This document shows, piece after piece, positions 1 through 14,200 of a stretch of DNA of 64,000 nt. The notes beneath the pieces are model-generated. The model had not been told where the DNA came from. It saw only the letters and a program-made list of their open reading frames with translations, and searched no databases. The stretch's first letter is position 1. Every line of letters starts with the position of its first letter. The stretch is from assembly GCA_002633005.1 (NCBI GenBank), contig NMRA01000131.1, forward strand, positions 111,798 through 175,797. Direction: 5' to 3'. The DNA comes from Phoronis australis. Its lineage: Eukaryota > Animalia > Phoronida. A program made the translations under genes and the position numbers.

Positions 1-342
1 TTGGCACCAGCCAAGATAAAACTTGCGTAAACTTTCAAATATCTCGGAAACAGATAATCACAGCCATATGTTGTAAATCAGAAAAGTGTACAGGAAACTA
101 TGAACTGTGGAATGCGCATGCTCACATATATAAACAGCATACGGGGCTTTCACAATTTCTGAATGAAAAACACCAGTGTCCTGGGGTGAGTACACTCTCC
201 TTGCGCAGCCTAGCCGTAGCTTATTTTAGGCGATTGAGTACACCCGACGCATTTTAATAGGATAATAGGCTTGTCGGCTGACCTCGCCTAGCGCAGGATA
301 AGGGTTAAAGAGTAAAACATCTGACTGTAGTCAGACACTCAC

Positions 343-3300
343 CAAAATCATTGCCCTCAGTGTAGCTAGGTATGGGGTCCATATCCTCCAATGAGATGAT
401 CTTGAAGGATGCAAGAGGCATGGAGCCAGGCTGCGTGGAGATCATGCCTCTGAACCTGGTAACAGTCCAACTACGCACGTGGTTGTACTCAGAGCATACT
501 GAAGAAACACAGAGGAAACTAGTAACGACAGGGCAACACTTTTGTAATGACACTGTTCAGGCGCTCTGAAGAAATACATATTATTAAAACAATACATTAA
601 AATTTATATCCTCAACTCAATTTTTAATATTGGAAAGAAAATTAAAACAAATACTCCAAAGCCGGAGGGTCTTCTAAAAAAGTTTGATCTGAGGTATGTT
701 TTTTGATCCAAAGGATGTTCCCAAAGAGCATATTGTGAAGGAGCATGTATATTAACAACTGAAGGTTTATAAAGTTTACATTATATACATGACTTCCAGA
801 CCAGAAATAGACCCATATCAATGCCCAATATTTTAAATAAACAGCACACTCACTTCACTATCAAAACTGTAAAATCATACTCGGTTCATTACCACAATCA
901 CACGTTTTCAACCAGACTGTCAACATAACAACAGAAGAAGACTGGCCCTTTTTGAAATCCCAATTTTAGTCAAATATAAAAACAGCTCACCAGACACGAG
1001 ATGTCTCTCTGAGAGCACCACCTTGGTGATGGCACTTCTGTGTACTGTGAAGGTTTGGAAGAGCTGAGGTCCCTGTCCAACAGTCTCCGGGTGCTGTACT
1101 ATCACTCTAACAGTTCCTGAACTGGTGCCATAGGCAATCTCAATCCAGTTACCGCTCATACCTGGTCAACGAAGAAGTCACTCAGTCAAGAAGAAATGGA
1201 CTTATTCATTGTAATATAAGAGAATAAAATGAGTGGCACAGAGTTCATGCAAATGTAATACTTATGGGTAAAGTTTAAATGTGTGCTCTCTAACAACACC
1301 AAGACCAGGATGGAAAAAGGAAACCACTTTTTTGTGTCAACTATATCGATTGTCCTTAGTCTTTTGCTTTATTTGTCACCCTGACTTTATCTTGTCTCTA
1401 TTGCTTTAGAACTGTATTGCACTGCATTAAAATTCTAATGGTCAATCAATGTCAAATAAATCAATCAATGTCAAATCCCGTCACCTGTCTCTCACTTGTT
1501 AATGTGCATTCAATTGTTTTGGGTATACAAGCTGAAAACAGGTTGATATGAAGTGCAAAATAAATGCTAATTTGACTTGCTGAACAAGCTTAATTCTACT
1601 AAGTCTAAACTGCATTCAACAACCAGTTCTATGAGAGCATGTCAATTGCAACAATCACAGCAAAAGAATGTGACGCAGTGGGTTCACACTCAGCCTTGAG
1701 CAGACCAAAGATGGGCAAAGACAATTGTCATAGACCTAAATATTGTAAAAGCAAGCAGTTCATGTTTGGTTAACACACTGAAATTAGTATTTAACTTTCA
1801 GCGAATATCAAAAATCAATCTTTTTAACAGTACGTGGCAATAGTCAGATATAAAGTGCTCACATTTTGTGAACCAATTTGATACCACTTATTAGTGGAGA
1901 AAAACTGTTTCTTAAATGCGGGCACATTATACCCGACTATTACTGTACTATGCTACTCAACAGCGACATCACCATTCAATTCATTTTGATGGACTGCAAC
2001 ATGCAGGAACTTCCACAGGAGAATTTTGTCTTTACATAACAGATTATTGCATTTTAAAGATGCGCCTGGGGGTGCACTGCTGCAATGTACTTGCACCTTT
2101 TTATGCACTAATGGTGCAAAGGTGCAGTCCAGGAATATCCCTGGTAACAGCAATTCTTTACTGTTGGTTTAATTTACTCACTATGCATGCTAGGAGTAGT
2201 GTAGACACTGATGGCTGTAACAGCGTCTCCTACTGGGTCCTTGTACAATTCAGTCACCAAGAGGTCATTATCTTTCATTCGCAACGGAAACTTCTCCATG
2301 TCTACAAGACAGAAATCAAAACCATACACTTTCAGACACCACAATAGACAATCTACTTGACATGTTCCGCCGCCCCCTTTAAGTCGTTATCCAAAAACCG
2401 ATGAGCTATTTACTCCACAAGGTAATAAGCTAAACCAGTGATAAGCAGACAGAAGTAAACAGACAAAATGCCACTTCTCCACCATAACAGATCATTCTGT
2501 TAACAACAAAAATGACAGGAAACAACAACTATTAATTATGATGCTAAAACTCTACTTACAAAATATCATAGCCACCTCACTAACTTTCCTGTTAATTCTC
2601 TTTCATTTTCATTCATGAAACAAGGTTATTTTGACGACGGATTCAGTGTCTAGCTAGCCATCACGACAGGAAATTTTTTGTCTTTTTGTCTGAATACACT
2701 TCGAGTTTACTGTTAGTAATAGTTCTACTGGAGTAATATCAAAATTTTTAATTGTACTCATACTGTAAACTTGATGCTGACGTAAGTTATTATGGAGGTA
2801 TGTCTTAAATAAATAATCATTTTGTTTCCATTGAAGCACTGCCATGACTCATTATAATGTTGACAAAAATGTTGACTGAATATCAATTTGACGTTTGATA
2901 TTCAATACAAAATGTGTCCCAAACAGGGCTGCATACTAGTCCTACATTATTAATGATACATATGGACAGTAATCCATATAAATCTGTGGAGCATAAAGCT
3001 ATTACAATACAAACATATTAACCAGATTGACTGCATCCACTATTCTCAATGAATGATATGTAGCACCAACTTCAAGTTCCCTTTCTAGAGACAAAACTGA
3101 CTGGAAAGCTTTCAAACACTAAAACATACCAATATAGTAGATGGATCCATTTTTACAGCCAAGTATAAGGAAGGAGCTGGCTGTACCGTAGCTGGTGATG
3201 GGCAGGACATCCTGCAGCTGCCAGTTATGAGTCCTAGCATGCCACACTCCCACCTTACCAAGATGGCTGACACTCACCAGCTGGCTACCAATGAAGAACA

Positions 3301-6300
3301 GTTTGTCTACGCAGACGGTCATGTCGAACACACCTATGGGAAAATAGCAAGTGATAAACTAGTACCCTGACTTAATGGCCTGCTTATGAATTCAGAGCTT
3401 ATATGTGATAGATGTTTTGTTATATGGGCAGGTGGACTCAATCTTCACCGATAGATGTTATAGTTTTCGAACTTGATTAAATGAGTTTAATGAACACAAA
3501 GTTCAGTTCACTAGTTACAAAAATTGGCACGGATGGTCACTGCATCTACATACACTACAAGATTATCATTTTACTTGCAGCCAAAACATGCAACTCTGTG
3601 TATCACTGTTCAATTCTAACAACTAGTATTAAAACAGACTCTAATTTACCAGCAGTTTCTTCCACCTGTGATATTCACTCACTGTCAAACTTTGCCGAGA
3701 AGACAGAGTTCACAGAACGTAATCTTCAACAGAGGTGAAGGCCTGCTGCTACGAATTTTTGTGTAACAGATCTATGTAACAGTATTCAGCCCCTAAAGTT
3801 GATTCCGCAACAGCGTCGTCAAGGAGGTAATAGTTTATTCTATTTGCTACTCTTAACGATCAACTTAGGGTGAAAATCTTTCAACAAACAAAACAAAGTC
3901 CATCACTTGCTCATCCTTTTCAACAACCAAACAAGCACAAATCAACCCAAAACATCACTGCTGTCACCCACCACCTACCTACATCTTTGAATTGTCCATT
4001 GTCACTCAGTGCCTGGAGCATATCACCCCCACTGACCTAATTCCTTGACCTGTCCATCGTTACTGAAACCCCAGAGCCTGTCACCCAACACTGACCTACT
4101 TCCTTGAACCGTCCATCATCACTCAGCCCCCAGAGCCTGACTGAGCTTCCTGATGCCATGGCAACCATCTTCATTTTGGCATTTAATGCTATCCTTTCTA
4201 CCACACAGTCAAAATATGGACTGGTCCAGACCAGGTGCCAGCCTGTGATCTCTTTCATTCTGTAACAAGAATGAACTGCTTAAACATTGAACATAAAGGG
4301 TACAATAATGATGCCATGGGGTAAGCACTCTAAGGTATCATGCAATGTTTTATGATACGGTATCTGTTCACATTTTTTTCTTCATTGACAAACATATGTT
4401 CAGACTTTAAAGCACCCAAACAGAACCTGGCATTCCATGAAACTCAGACTAGAGCTTGAAGACAAGTGCAACATGTCCAAGTTAAAACTTGAGTTCAGTG
4501 AATTTGCTACATTAGTCAAAATGCACAGTTCAACTCAATTTGAGTGAGAAAGACATCTTGTACCAGAGTTTGTGTTCCAATTCCAAAATAAAGATTCTGT
4601 GTCATGACCTCTAAAATAAATTTCGACTTCAAGCTCCTGGATTTGCATAATTCTGCATTTCTTACCTGTAACAGCATATATAATGTGAGTATCCCACGGC
4701 AACCCAGTTGTGATGACCTTTGATCAACAAAACTTTGGTGAAGTCGGTGTTGACACCTAAAGGCAGAAACAAACAAACAACCACTTGCAGCAACATGAAG
4801 AGGGAGGACTGGAATGTGAGACAGTCAATCAATACATATAAAAACGTGGTTTGGAAATTCTTTGCAGTGAAGGAGAGCATTGCTATAGAAACAATGAAAA
4901 TGATATTCTCCAACTAAAAGAAACTGCATAACCAAATCTTCTTTTAAGGTTAACTGAAACCATTAAAAATATCCAAATTGGACTGACTTTGGAATATTGT
5001 ATCTCAGAAATGGCTTACCAGAATGATGCTAACAAACTATCACATACTGTACCTTATGCATTGTTCTGCAAAAACCTGTTAATAGGAATAATGTTTTTAA
5101 AGTGTTCCACTTTTGCATGAAGGGTGACCAAACTGCAGGACTTTTAGGATTTTTATAAGAACTGAAATATTTCATAAAACAAAAACAAGGTGGTTTAGAG
5201 AACTGCAACAAAATGAGATTTCATGGTGAAAATTTCTATCAAAAGAAAAAAATTATTTTATTAGTCAATAAAAAGTCATGGATTCATGACGAATTAATGG
5301 CAGATTGGTGCATAAAGTCAACCATTAAATTCTACATGCTTTCTACTTTCAGAAAACATATACTTTTACTGAGTGAACTTCTAATAGTTTTGCTTATATT
5401 TGGTTAAGTGCAGACTTACTGATAAGGCTATAATTAAATAACTAAAATAACCTCCACCACTTTATTTTCAAAAATAATGTTAGTATGAATGAAATTCTGT
5501 GCCATAAGGACAGAGAGTGAAATTTGAAAGAGTTAAATGGACTTTAAATAAACATACTGAAAACAGATATGCAGCATTGTAAAAAGCTAATAAATCCACA
5601 TAGCTATAATCTACATTTCATGTAACCTAGCTGGTATGTGTAAGAGAGGACTGAGGCAATGTGATCAACTCACCAGTTTGAGCCTCTTGGCCGAGGATTG
5701 TAGTGAGGTCAGATCGTAGGTGACGCAAGTCAGCCACAGAGCTACTTGACCTCTGAACTATGCTGCTTGACCTTTGCACCTCACTGGTTTCTCCATCATG
5801 CTGACTAGGAAGACGGCAAGCACCACTTGAAAAACTTCTACAGCATGAAAGTCAAATGGTCACAGATCAAATTGTCTGTTGTTGATTTTGTGCAAAGAAT
5901 GGCATGACAATTGACTCATATGAATACCAAACATTGGCTTTCCCCATAGCATACAGTGGGGATTAACTAGGTAATATACAAGATTGTCAATAAAGATCAT
6001 CATGCTGCAAAATACAAAGAAAGCCGCATTACTTGAAATATATAGTGGGTAACATAACATTGACAGATAAAGAAAAAACACAATATGTGTGCATTTGGTT
6101 ATAGGAGCCAAACACAAGGCAGATGTGATAAATTTTCATCAGCACCCCATGCCAGCCTGAGCACTCCCCTAACCCTTCATCAAGAGGCACATGTCAGTCT
6201 GAGCACTTCCCCAACTCTTCATCAGCACCCCATATTAGTTAGAGTATTCCTCTAACCCTTCTTCAGCACCCATGTCAGTCTAACCACTTCCTCAGCCCTT

Positions 6301-9300
6301 TATCAGCACCCCATGCTAGTTAGAGTATACCTCTAACCCTTCATCAGCACCCATGTCAGTCTGAGGACTCCCACTAACCTTCACTATTGTTATTTAAAAG
6401 TATTACACTAACACTGGTACTTCTTTCCTCTGATTTCTAAAACACAGAATTATGACTACAGTTATGTGGTGATGTTGACCGGCTAACCATGTAATATCAG
6501 TTTACAATAAAGCTGCTCAGTCATCAGATCTCATTATAATTTGTGATCTGGCCAATCACACACACACACACTGCAAATACCAAAAGCCCTGATGGTGCAA
6601 AGAAAGTTAGCAATGGCAGTACTGCACACTAAGGCGGGGAAAGAATGGTCAATCTCACAGACCAACAAATCAGAGAAAAAAACAACATTGGTCATAGAGT
6701 AATAAAGCAATCCATTGGGCAAATGAGGTTAATACAATCATGTAGGATCGGTCCAAATTTGCACAGTAATACCTGACTTGAAGCTTTCACCGTTTGGCAT
6801 GAAAATGTTTGGCATCAAGACCCTATTGTACTCTTAGTGCTAGTTTCTCATACACATTTTCTCTGCATATTTCCTAAATACTGTCTTGTGTCTGCATAAT
6901 TCATACAAGCTCACAAACTGCAGCCTGTAATCACAGATATGACATAATGCCCTAGCAAAAGAGCAGTCCCAAGTACTTGTGAATGAATACCTGGTGTGGA
7001 ATTTGTTGGCCCCGTCGATATGTCTCACTTGACTGTTGGGGCTTCCTGGTGAAGCAAAGGCCTCAGATGAGCCGGAGACGTCAGTGATTTGATAGGAGTC
7101 AGGATCAGGAGGAGCTGAAAGTGGTCAAGAATTGGAAAATTACTGCAATGACAATGAACTCACAATATTAGCTGAAAGTAGGTAAAAAATTGGAAATAAC
7201 TGAAATGACATAGCACTCATATTTGCAAAAAGTAGGTCAAGAATTGGAAAATAATGATCGCTTATGATATTAGCTGAAAGTAGGGCAAGAACTAGAAATA
7301 ACCGCATTGACATAGAACTAATGATGTTAGCTGAAAGTAGGTGAAGAATTGGAAAACAATCGTAATGGCATGGCTGTTCACAATATTAGCTGAAACAAGT
7401 GGAACAGAATTATGTTGCTCATGCAAAAAACATCCGATATTTTACTGGTGCCAGAATTGCAGCTTTTGAAAAGAAAATTTGTCTAAATTTGATACAGATA
7501 TTCAACTTCATTAATTTTAGAATGTAATCTCAGACCCTTCAAACTTAGCCAATATCTTTCTTTTGAATGGAGAGATGAAATCAATGTAAGAACTGATAAC
7601 AAAGCATACTTTGGAAGGCTTAAGTCAGAAAATCAACAAGACGTGATAAGGAAATCCTTATGTATTTTCAGAAAAATTCCACAAGTCCTTAAAGTTAAGT
7701 GAGATAATGTTGTGTGCTAAAACATCATATTTACCTGGAGCAGATAGATAACCATGGAAGAAGACATTTCCACACTTGGATTCATCGAGATCTTCACAAA
7801 GCACCAAGCGGCGCACGAGGGGTGTGGCGCCATAATACTCAGCTTCATGTTTTAGAGCTGAGATGTTCACGTCACTGTAAAATAACAAAGAACTTAACAT
7901 CATTAAAACCGCCTAAAACAAGGAATACCAAACAAATTAATTAGAACCAATAGTACAACCTGTATTTTTAGACGTTGTTGATTGATGATGAGTTGTTTAT
8001 ACGATTTCAACATCTTTTAGTTGGCAAATCCACCACGAAAACAAGCTGAATAGAACAAGTCAGTGAGTAAGATGTCCCAAATCTGTAGCTCAATTAAATA
8101 CTGAACAGTGCATGGCTTGCCAAAAGTATTCACTGATAAAATGACCAAAAATTCCCCATCACGATGGCTAGGTGGAAGCCAAATTCATCGTCATAGTCTT
8201 CCATAAAGACTGAGATGAAGGGGAATTAACAAGAATGTACTTAGTAAGGTGGCTAAGCCACGCTGCAATTAGAATTTTCCCCTGAAATAGATATTACCAG
8301 TCATTTTGGTTGTTACCAGAATTAGACATTATGATTAGGAAAACGGTACTTTGTGTGTAGTATATACTACAACCAATTAGAATTTTCCCCTGTAATAGAT
8401 ATTACCAGTCATTTTGGTTGTTACCAGAATTAGACATTATGATTAGGAAAACGGAACTTTGTGTGTAGTATATGCTACAACCAATTAGAATTTTCCCCTG
8501 TAATAGATATTACCAGTCATTTTGGTTGTTACCAGAATTAGACATTATGATTAGGAAAACGGTACTTTGTGTGTAGTATATGCTACAACCAATTAGAATT
8601 TTCCCCTGTAATAGATATTACCAGTCATTTTGGTTGTTACCAGAATTAGACATTATGATGAGGAAAACGGTACTTTGTGTGTAGTATATGCTACAACCAA
8701 TTGGACCACGTGCCCTGGAGTTCCCCATAGCTCAAATAGAATTCCTCGTCATGACAGAAGAATTCACCATCAGAGTGGCAAGAATGAAGAGCCAAGATAA
8801 GTCATGAAGGATCACTGCTTGTTACAAAGACGAAACATGGAAATATTGTCTGACAACTGTTAACGTGTCATGTTACTCCATGATAAAAGCTTCAGAAAAA
8901 ATGTAATATTTATCACTGAGACAATACCTTAAATCAACTTCTTTAGTGCGCAGATAATTAAGAATGACTGCAAACAACTTGGGGTCTCTGTCAATGAATA
9001 TCTGAAACGCCAACACAAATACCAGGTCATAAAAAATACAACTCCACTGCCAACCAAGTATATAAGCTCACATGCATTTTAACATTATTATTATAATACA
9101 ACTGCTTATTAATAAAAAGATTACACACTAACAAATAATACCCTCTGGAAGCAATACTTTAACATTGAGTATTGAAAAATTCTAAGACCGTTCATCACAA
9201 AACACAGTGGATTGAAACAACCCTGCAAGATCTTGGGTCTCATTTCAGATGGAAATTCTAGATCTGCATCACACAAATTCATTGAGCTGGCTACTCGGGT

Positions 9301-11442
9301 CAGTCTAAATTCCTGAGCAAACTCCAAGTCCTAGTTCAGTTATTTCACACCCATGTACACATTAAGCTGGGAATTGCCTAATGAATCAAAAAGTCTATTG
9401 TCACTTTTTGGTGTTTCGAAAGACCACTCTACAAATTCATATTGATGATGATAACATGTCCAGTTTACAGTCTCTAAATCCCTAAGATTGCATAACGGCC
9501 ATCTTTCATTATTAATGATACTTTATGGTGAAGATGAAAGAAGCAAGATTAGCATAAGATAGAAACTTTACAACAACAACTGATGAAGTCAGAAGTTTGG
9601 AAATGCAGAATGTTTAGAAAGTAACTAATGATAAAAAATAGGTCAGCTTTACTTACAGCACCATACTCATCTTTCGACGACAGTATTCTTCCGCTAAGAA
9701 GACTGAAAAAGCATGACAAAAAGACTTGAAATATTAAAAGTTCTAGAACAGAAACACACCAGTTTACTTGGTAGAATGACTCAAATCATTCAGACTTGCC
9801 TGAAATTGCATTTTGACTACAGAGTTCTATTTCATAAGATTCTTATTTAGTAACAAACTTCCAAATTTAAAATCTTTACGATGAATGGCGACGTAGAGTT
9901 TGTTATGGGCTTTACGTAAAGATAATTCTGTTTGAAAATGAGGAGTGGTACTGACCTAGTGAAGAAAGAATCTGGAATCCATGTAAGAGTCTGTCTTGAA
10001 GTAGTGAACCTAAATAAAAAGGATTGCAGACTTGTAGAACAAACACAGAAATGACTGCCATGCAGATTTGGAATCCAGACATCATTAAAAGACTCAAAAA
10101 TCCACTGTATAGTCAAATGTGTTCAAAGTTTTGCCAGACAAAGTGTAACCTAATAAAAATAATTCCGCCCTATCCAGGAAGTACACCATTGCACATGGTG
10201 CAAACTTTCAGAAAATATGAGCATTGACCCAACATATTTGATCAGCACTCTGACAAAAAATTCTTCTGTTCATGAAATGAAATATTTTTGCACAACGAAA
10301 TTTTAACAATTTACAACAAACGTGCCAAGACAATGAAGAATGGAAAAATAAAATTAGGTAAGCCCGCTAACTAGTATGCACTCCTGAAAGGAGTGAGGAT
10401 TGGGTGAAGAGAAACAAAAAGTATTTCGAGGATTGCTGTATAGAGATATATACTGCTTCAGTCTGTAGATGCACTTAGTGTCTGAGCTGATTAAAACTAT
10501 TTGTGTCTCAAGTCTCGGCTCAGGCTGAACATGCATGATAGCGTTAGATTGGTCTGAATGAAAAATGAATGAAATACAATTCGACGTAACATTTATGTCA
10601 ATGATCTTTACACAACTCCTTGAGTTACCAAAACTGGCTACTGTAATTGATGCGTTACAATTACACGACAGCTTAAGTTGGTGATCAATCATATGCACCA
10701 GCTCTGAGAGCCTGGTGAAGTAAAGCGACATCTGCTGGTCAACTTCTGATTACGACAATTCTTCAACAAACTCAGTCAATTCTTCTCTCACAAGGTTATG
10801 TGCAGTTCATTTTACTGCAACTTTAAGTAATTTAATTGTCTGTGAACTGCATTTCTGAGCATTCATCAAAATGTAATCGTCTCCAAATAGATTTTATCAA
10901 AATCAATTCCTTTGTTTTTTGTTACAAAAGCAGGAGATTGACACTTGCACATTGCTTGTGTTTCTTACAAATGGTCAAAACAGACAAGGTAGATCTAGAT
11001 GTTATTATAACTTTTGTGTAGGGCTTTCTACACTTTTGTTTTAAGTTTTATTAGACAATCGCAAAAAGTTTTGTTGGTCAAAAGCAAACCTCCCTTGTTG
11101 GCTTGTTTCGCCAATTAAATTTAAGTGACAATTTAAGTGTAAAATATATCTCTGACGAGACTACCAATTGTTTAATATACCCAGGATGAAATGAGGACAG
11201 AATGTGATGGTGGAGTATTGTAGTCCCAAGCCAACCGAGAGTCCTACTCTTACGGCTACGGCGGGATACCAATGACTACGTTGTACTCGCTAGACTTCTA
11301 TAATAACCATGGCCATCTCATGAACAAAAACAAAGTGAAGTCTGAGCTGAATGAAATGGAAAAGTAGTTAGGTAAAATTGTACCTTTTGCCACCAACGTT
11401 CAAATTAATGATGTCGCCTTTGACAGGGGAACAATTATTCAT
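343..11442 (-). CDS. KCTD3: BTB/POZ + WD40-like protein KCTD3/SHKBP1 homolog (3' end outside window)
   Basis: Phase-consistent GT-AG exons (minus): 11384-11442, 9956-10009, 9657-9702, 8928-9001, 7735-7874, 6991-7114, 5674-5837, 4666-4756, 4096-4259, 3130-3333, 2182-2301, 991-1161, 343-498. Translation includes the BTB start [78 protein letters not shown] and [21 protein letters not shown], as in vertebrate KCTD3/SHKBP1. Confidence 0.95.
6135..6385. repeat. Minisatellite, about 40 bp x 6
   Basis: Repeated TTCATCAGCACCC(C)ATG..AG..TGAGCACTCCCCTAACCC. Confidence 0.8.
7113..7396. repeat. Minisatellite, about 55 bp x 5, built from the KCTD3 exon 6 acceptor region
   Basis: Repeated AGCTGAAAGTAGGTCAAGAATTGGAAAAT; the first copy contains the working acceptor at 7115-7116. 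Confidence 0.8.
8266..8697. repeat. Tandem repeat, 4 x 108 bp, nearly identical
   Basis: Unit CAATTAGAATTTTCCCCTG...GCTACAAC starts at 8266, 8374, 8482 and 8590. Confidence 0.9.
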
Positions 11443-11730
11443 CTCTATTCCTTGCTCTTTAACAATATGTTACTGAAAAATTTACATTTTTCTACTAAAC
11501 AGCTATTAAACTATTATCGAAAACTTCTGCCACCATCCAACTTCCTGTTCGTTGTGTGCGCCATCTGATGGTCGAACCTCACAACGAACTTCGAATCGAA
11601 CTCTTTCCGGGGGTCAACCAGTTAGGCAACATGCTGCTCCTCCACGGGCTGCGGCCGTCCGTCCACGGATTCAGACAAGTGGATCACATGCCTTAAAAAA
11701 GAAACCACCGTGAAGGTTATCTTCAAAAGG
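11443..11730. promoter_or_regulatory. Putative bidirectional promoter KCTD3/ITPK1
   Basis: Locally CpG-rich stretch between the KCTD3 ATG and the ITPK1 first donor; ETS-like ACTTCCTG near 11540 and CTCF-like GCGCCATCTGATGG at 11558-11571. Confidence 0.55.
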
Positions 11731-12149
11731 TAAGTTCGTTGTTAGCCGTGGTACAAACTGTATTTTGACGATCGATACGACTAGTCTTGTTGTGATGTGA
11801 ACAATAATCAATATGAATAAGTTAGTTTTGTGAGTTGTGTAGTACGTTTGTGTGCTGCCGTCTGTTTCCATTAGTTGACTGTATGTTATTTGTATGAGTG
11901 TAGTCAGGTAGCCGGGAAATTGACTGTTGTCTCTCTCTGTTAATGGCAGGACGTCTGCGTATTGACAAGACTAGTTTCATTGGCCGCCGCCATTATTGTG
12001 ACATGGACCGTAGCGACACCTAGCGGGTGTGTGCTCCGACGAAATGCGCTCTAGACTACCATGCCCATGACAGGGATATTGCTGGACTGCGCCTTTGCGC
12101 CATTAGGGCATAAAAAATAAAAAAGGTGTACCGGTAAATTTATATACGG

Positions 12150-13340
12150 GTGTTCCTTTCACGGACAGGTCAGCATGAGCGAATATTCGGACGGATTCAA
12201 CTACCAGATGTGCCACTTAAAGGCAATTTTAGTTTTTTAAGTTTTCTGCTGTATCTTCTGTGTTCCTTAAAGGATTTTTCATGAAATTTGGCAAATAGGC
12301 ATTTACAACGCCACCGTTCTGTTTTTGAACGAATTCAGGCATTTTTACTGTCTGCCTTTCTATAGGCCAATCAACTGTCGGTATGATTATGAAAATTGAC
12401 ATGTATGTTCCTACGGGGAAGAAGTCAACTGATGATGATTTTCAGACGCTCCGACTACAGTGGCTCCTCCTAGTGGCTATTTATATTTTTGCCTCCATGG
12501 CTTTGTCTCCTAAACCCTTTGCAGGATCTTTGTTAAATTTGGCAAGTGTTATATGAAACTGACAACATGTGACTATGACTTTTGGACAGGTCCAACTACT
12601 GCTGTGCCCTCAATTTTATTTTTTCCAAGCTTCCTTCCCTTGTATCTTTGGAGTTACCGAACATACTTTTATGAAATTTGTTGGCAAATAGATTTGTATA
12701 AAAGATGACTTCTCTTTGTTTTCAGGTGGATTTGTACGCCTCCTAGTGGCCGTTTTTATTATATTTTGATCTATTTTTGGCATCCATCTCTCTATCAGCC
12801 AAGCTACTCTAAGACTCATTATGAAAATTGGTAATATGCGTTCTTACTGGGAAGGGCATGGTTGATGATTTTTGGACAGTTTGACTACTGCGGTGCTCCC
12901 TAGTGTCAGTTTGCTTTTTTTGCATCCGCAGCTGACAGTTTCTTTCTGCTAGATCTTAGGGAAATTTGGGAAGCGTACCTCTATGAACTTGACAACGGAA
13001 GACGACGTTTGGATGTATCTGACTACATTTAGTGTGTCCCCAGTGTCGGTTTTATTTTTTAAGGTCTTGGCAGGTAAGTTCCTATTCAGGAGAGCATTGG
13101 CGACTTGCTTGGGCGCATATCAACACTAGAAGAGTGTTGCTCTTGTCATGGAATTTGGAAAATAAGATTTGACCACGACACCTTTCCATTTTTGGATGGG
13201 TTCAATGTATTCTGTGCCATCTAATGGCCATTTTTTATGATACAAGTTAACACCCTAAAGGGGAATTTTGCATAATTTTTAATATTTTTGAGACGGGAAG
13301 GCGGCTGATATTTGGCCCCCAGCATTGAGGGATCGAGGGC
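12150..13340 (+). mobile_element. Diverged copy of the same tandem-repeat-bearing HINE-like family
   Basis: Shares repeat units with 31906-33581 (GGATTTTCATGAAATTTGGCA, GACTAC..CCTAGTGGC, TCTCCTAAACCCTTTGCAGGATCTTT); 3'-end-like TTGGGCGCAT plus hairpin at about 13109-13147. Confidence 0.65.
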
Positions 13341-14200
13341 TTTGGCATGCTTTCCTGTTTTAGTGAGGTCATTGATTTGATTCCCAGGTAATCTCAACTA
13401 TAACTACATGGTGATGGGTGTGGAAGGCAAAATGTATTCTTCGTTTGGAAGCTAGTGCTTATGAAGGTGTTAATAAAAATACACCTTCTGCTTCATTTTA
13501 GTAAAAATTATTTTAACTAAATTTAAGCAAAACTTATCCATAAGTGATGCTCTTTCTACCCAAAATCACAAATTAGAAAATGCAACCTTACATTTTATAT
13601 CAAATTTTTAAGTTTTATTTTTCAAGTTCTGGGAGCCTTTAATGAATGACAATAAATTTAAATTTGTTAAGTAAACTTTGAAAAATGTCAATAACTGATA
13701 ATACAAAGGAAGGTACTAGTAAAAATTCTCCTGTTTCATGCTGTCAAGCATCCCTTTAAATAAGATGAGAAACAATTTGAAGAAATCTTTTGTGACTCTA
13801 TTCAATAGTGCAATTACTGTGCAGTCGGATCACATCTAAATAGGGTTGAAAGCATCCAAGCTCTGCTTTTTCCATTTTCATTTTTGGGACATGGAAACCA
13901 TGAAATCTGAATAGAGGAGTAAAAATTATAAATCACATGGGTTTTGAATTTTGAAAATTGGTCCACTAACATGGATTTTGTCAACAAAAACCCAAACCTT
14001 GAGCTATTCATTGGAAAGTAGCTTCCAGCATGGCTTTATCAGATAATTATAGCATGTTCTCCACATGCTGGAACAGTCTGTAAAAGTTGGGACACAGAAA
14101 TTCAAACGGTATAGAAGTTTGTTGAAACATTTGTTTGCAGGTTGTAAAGTGTAGTGCACAGAATGAACTACAAAGATTGTGCATTAACTCGGGACACAGA

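Noticed and set aside
8266-8697. CRISPR-like appearance of regularly spaced repeats
   Set aside because: Whole units are repeated with no unique spacers, the context is a eukaryotic intron and there are no cas genes.
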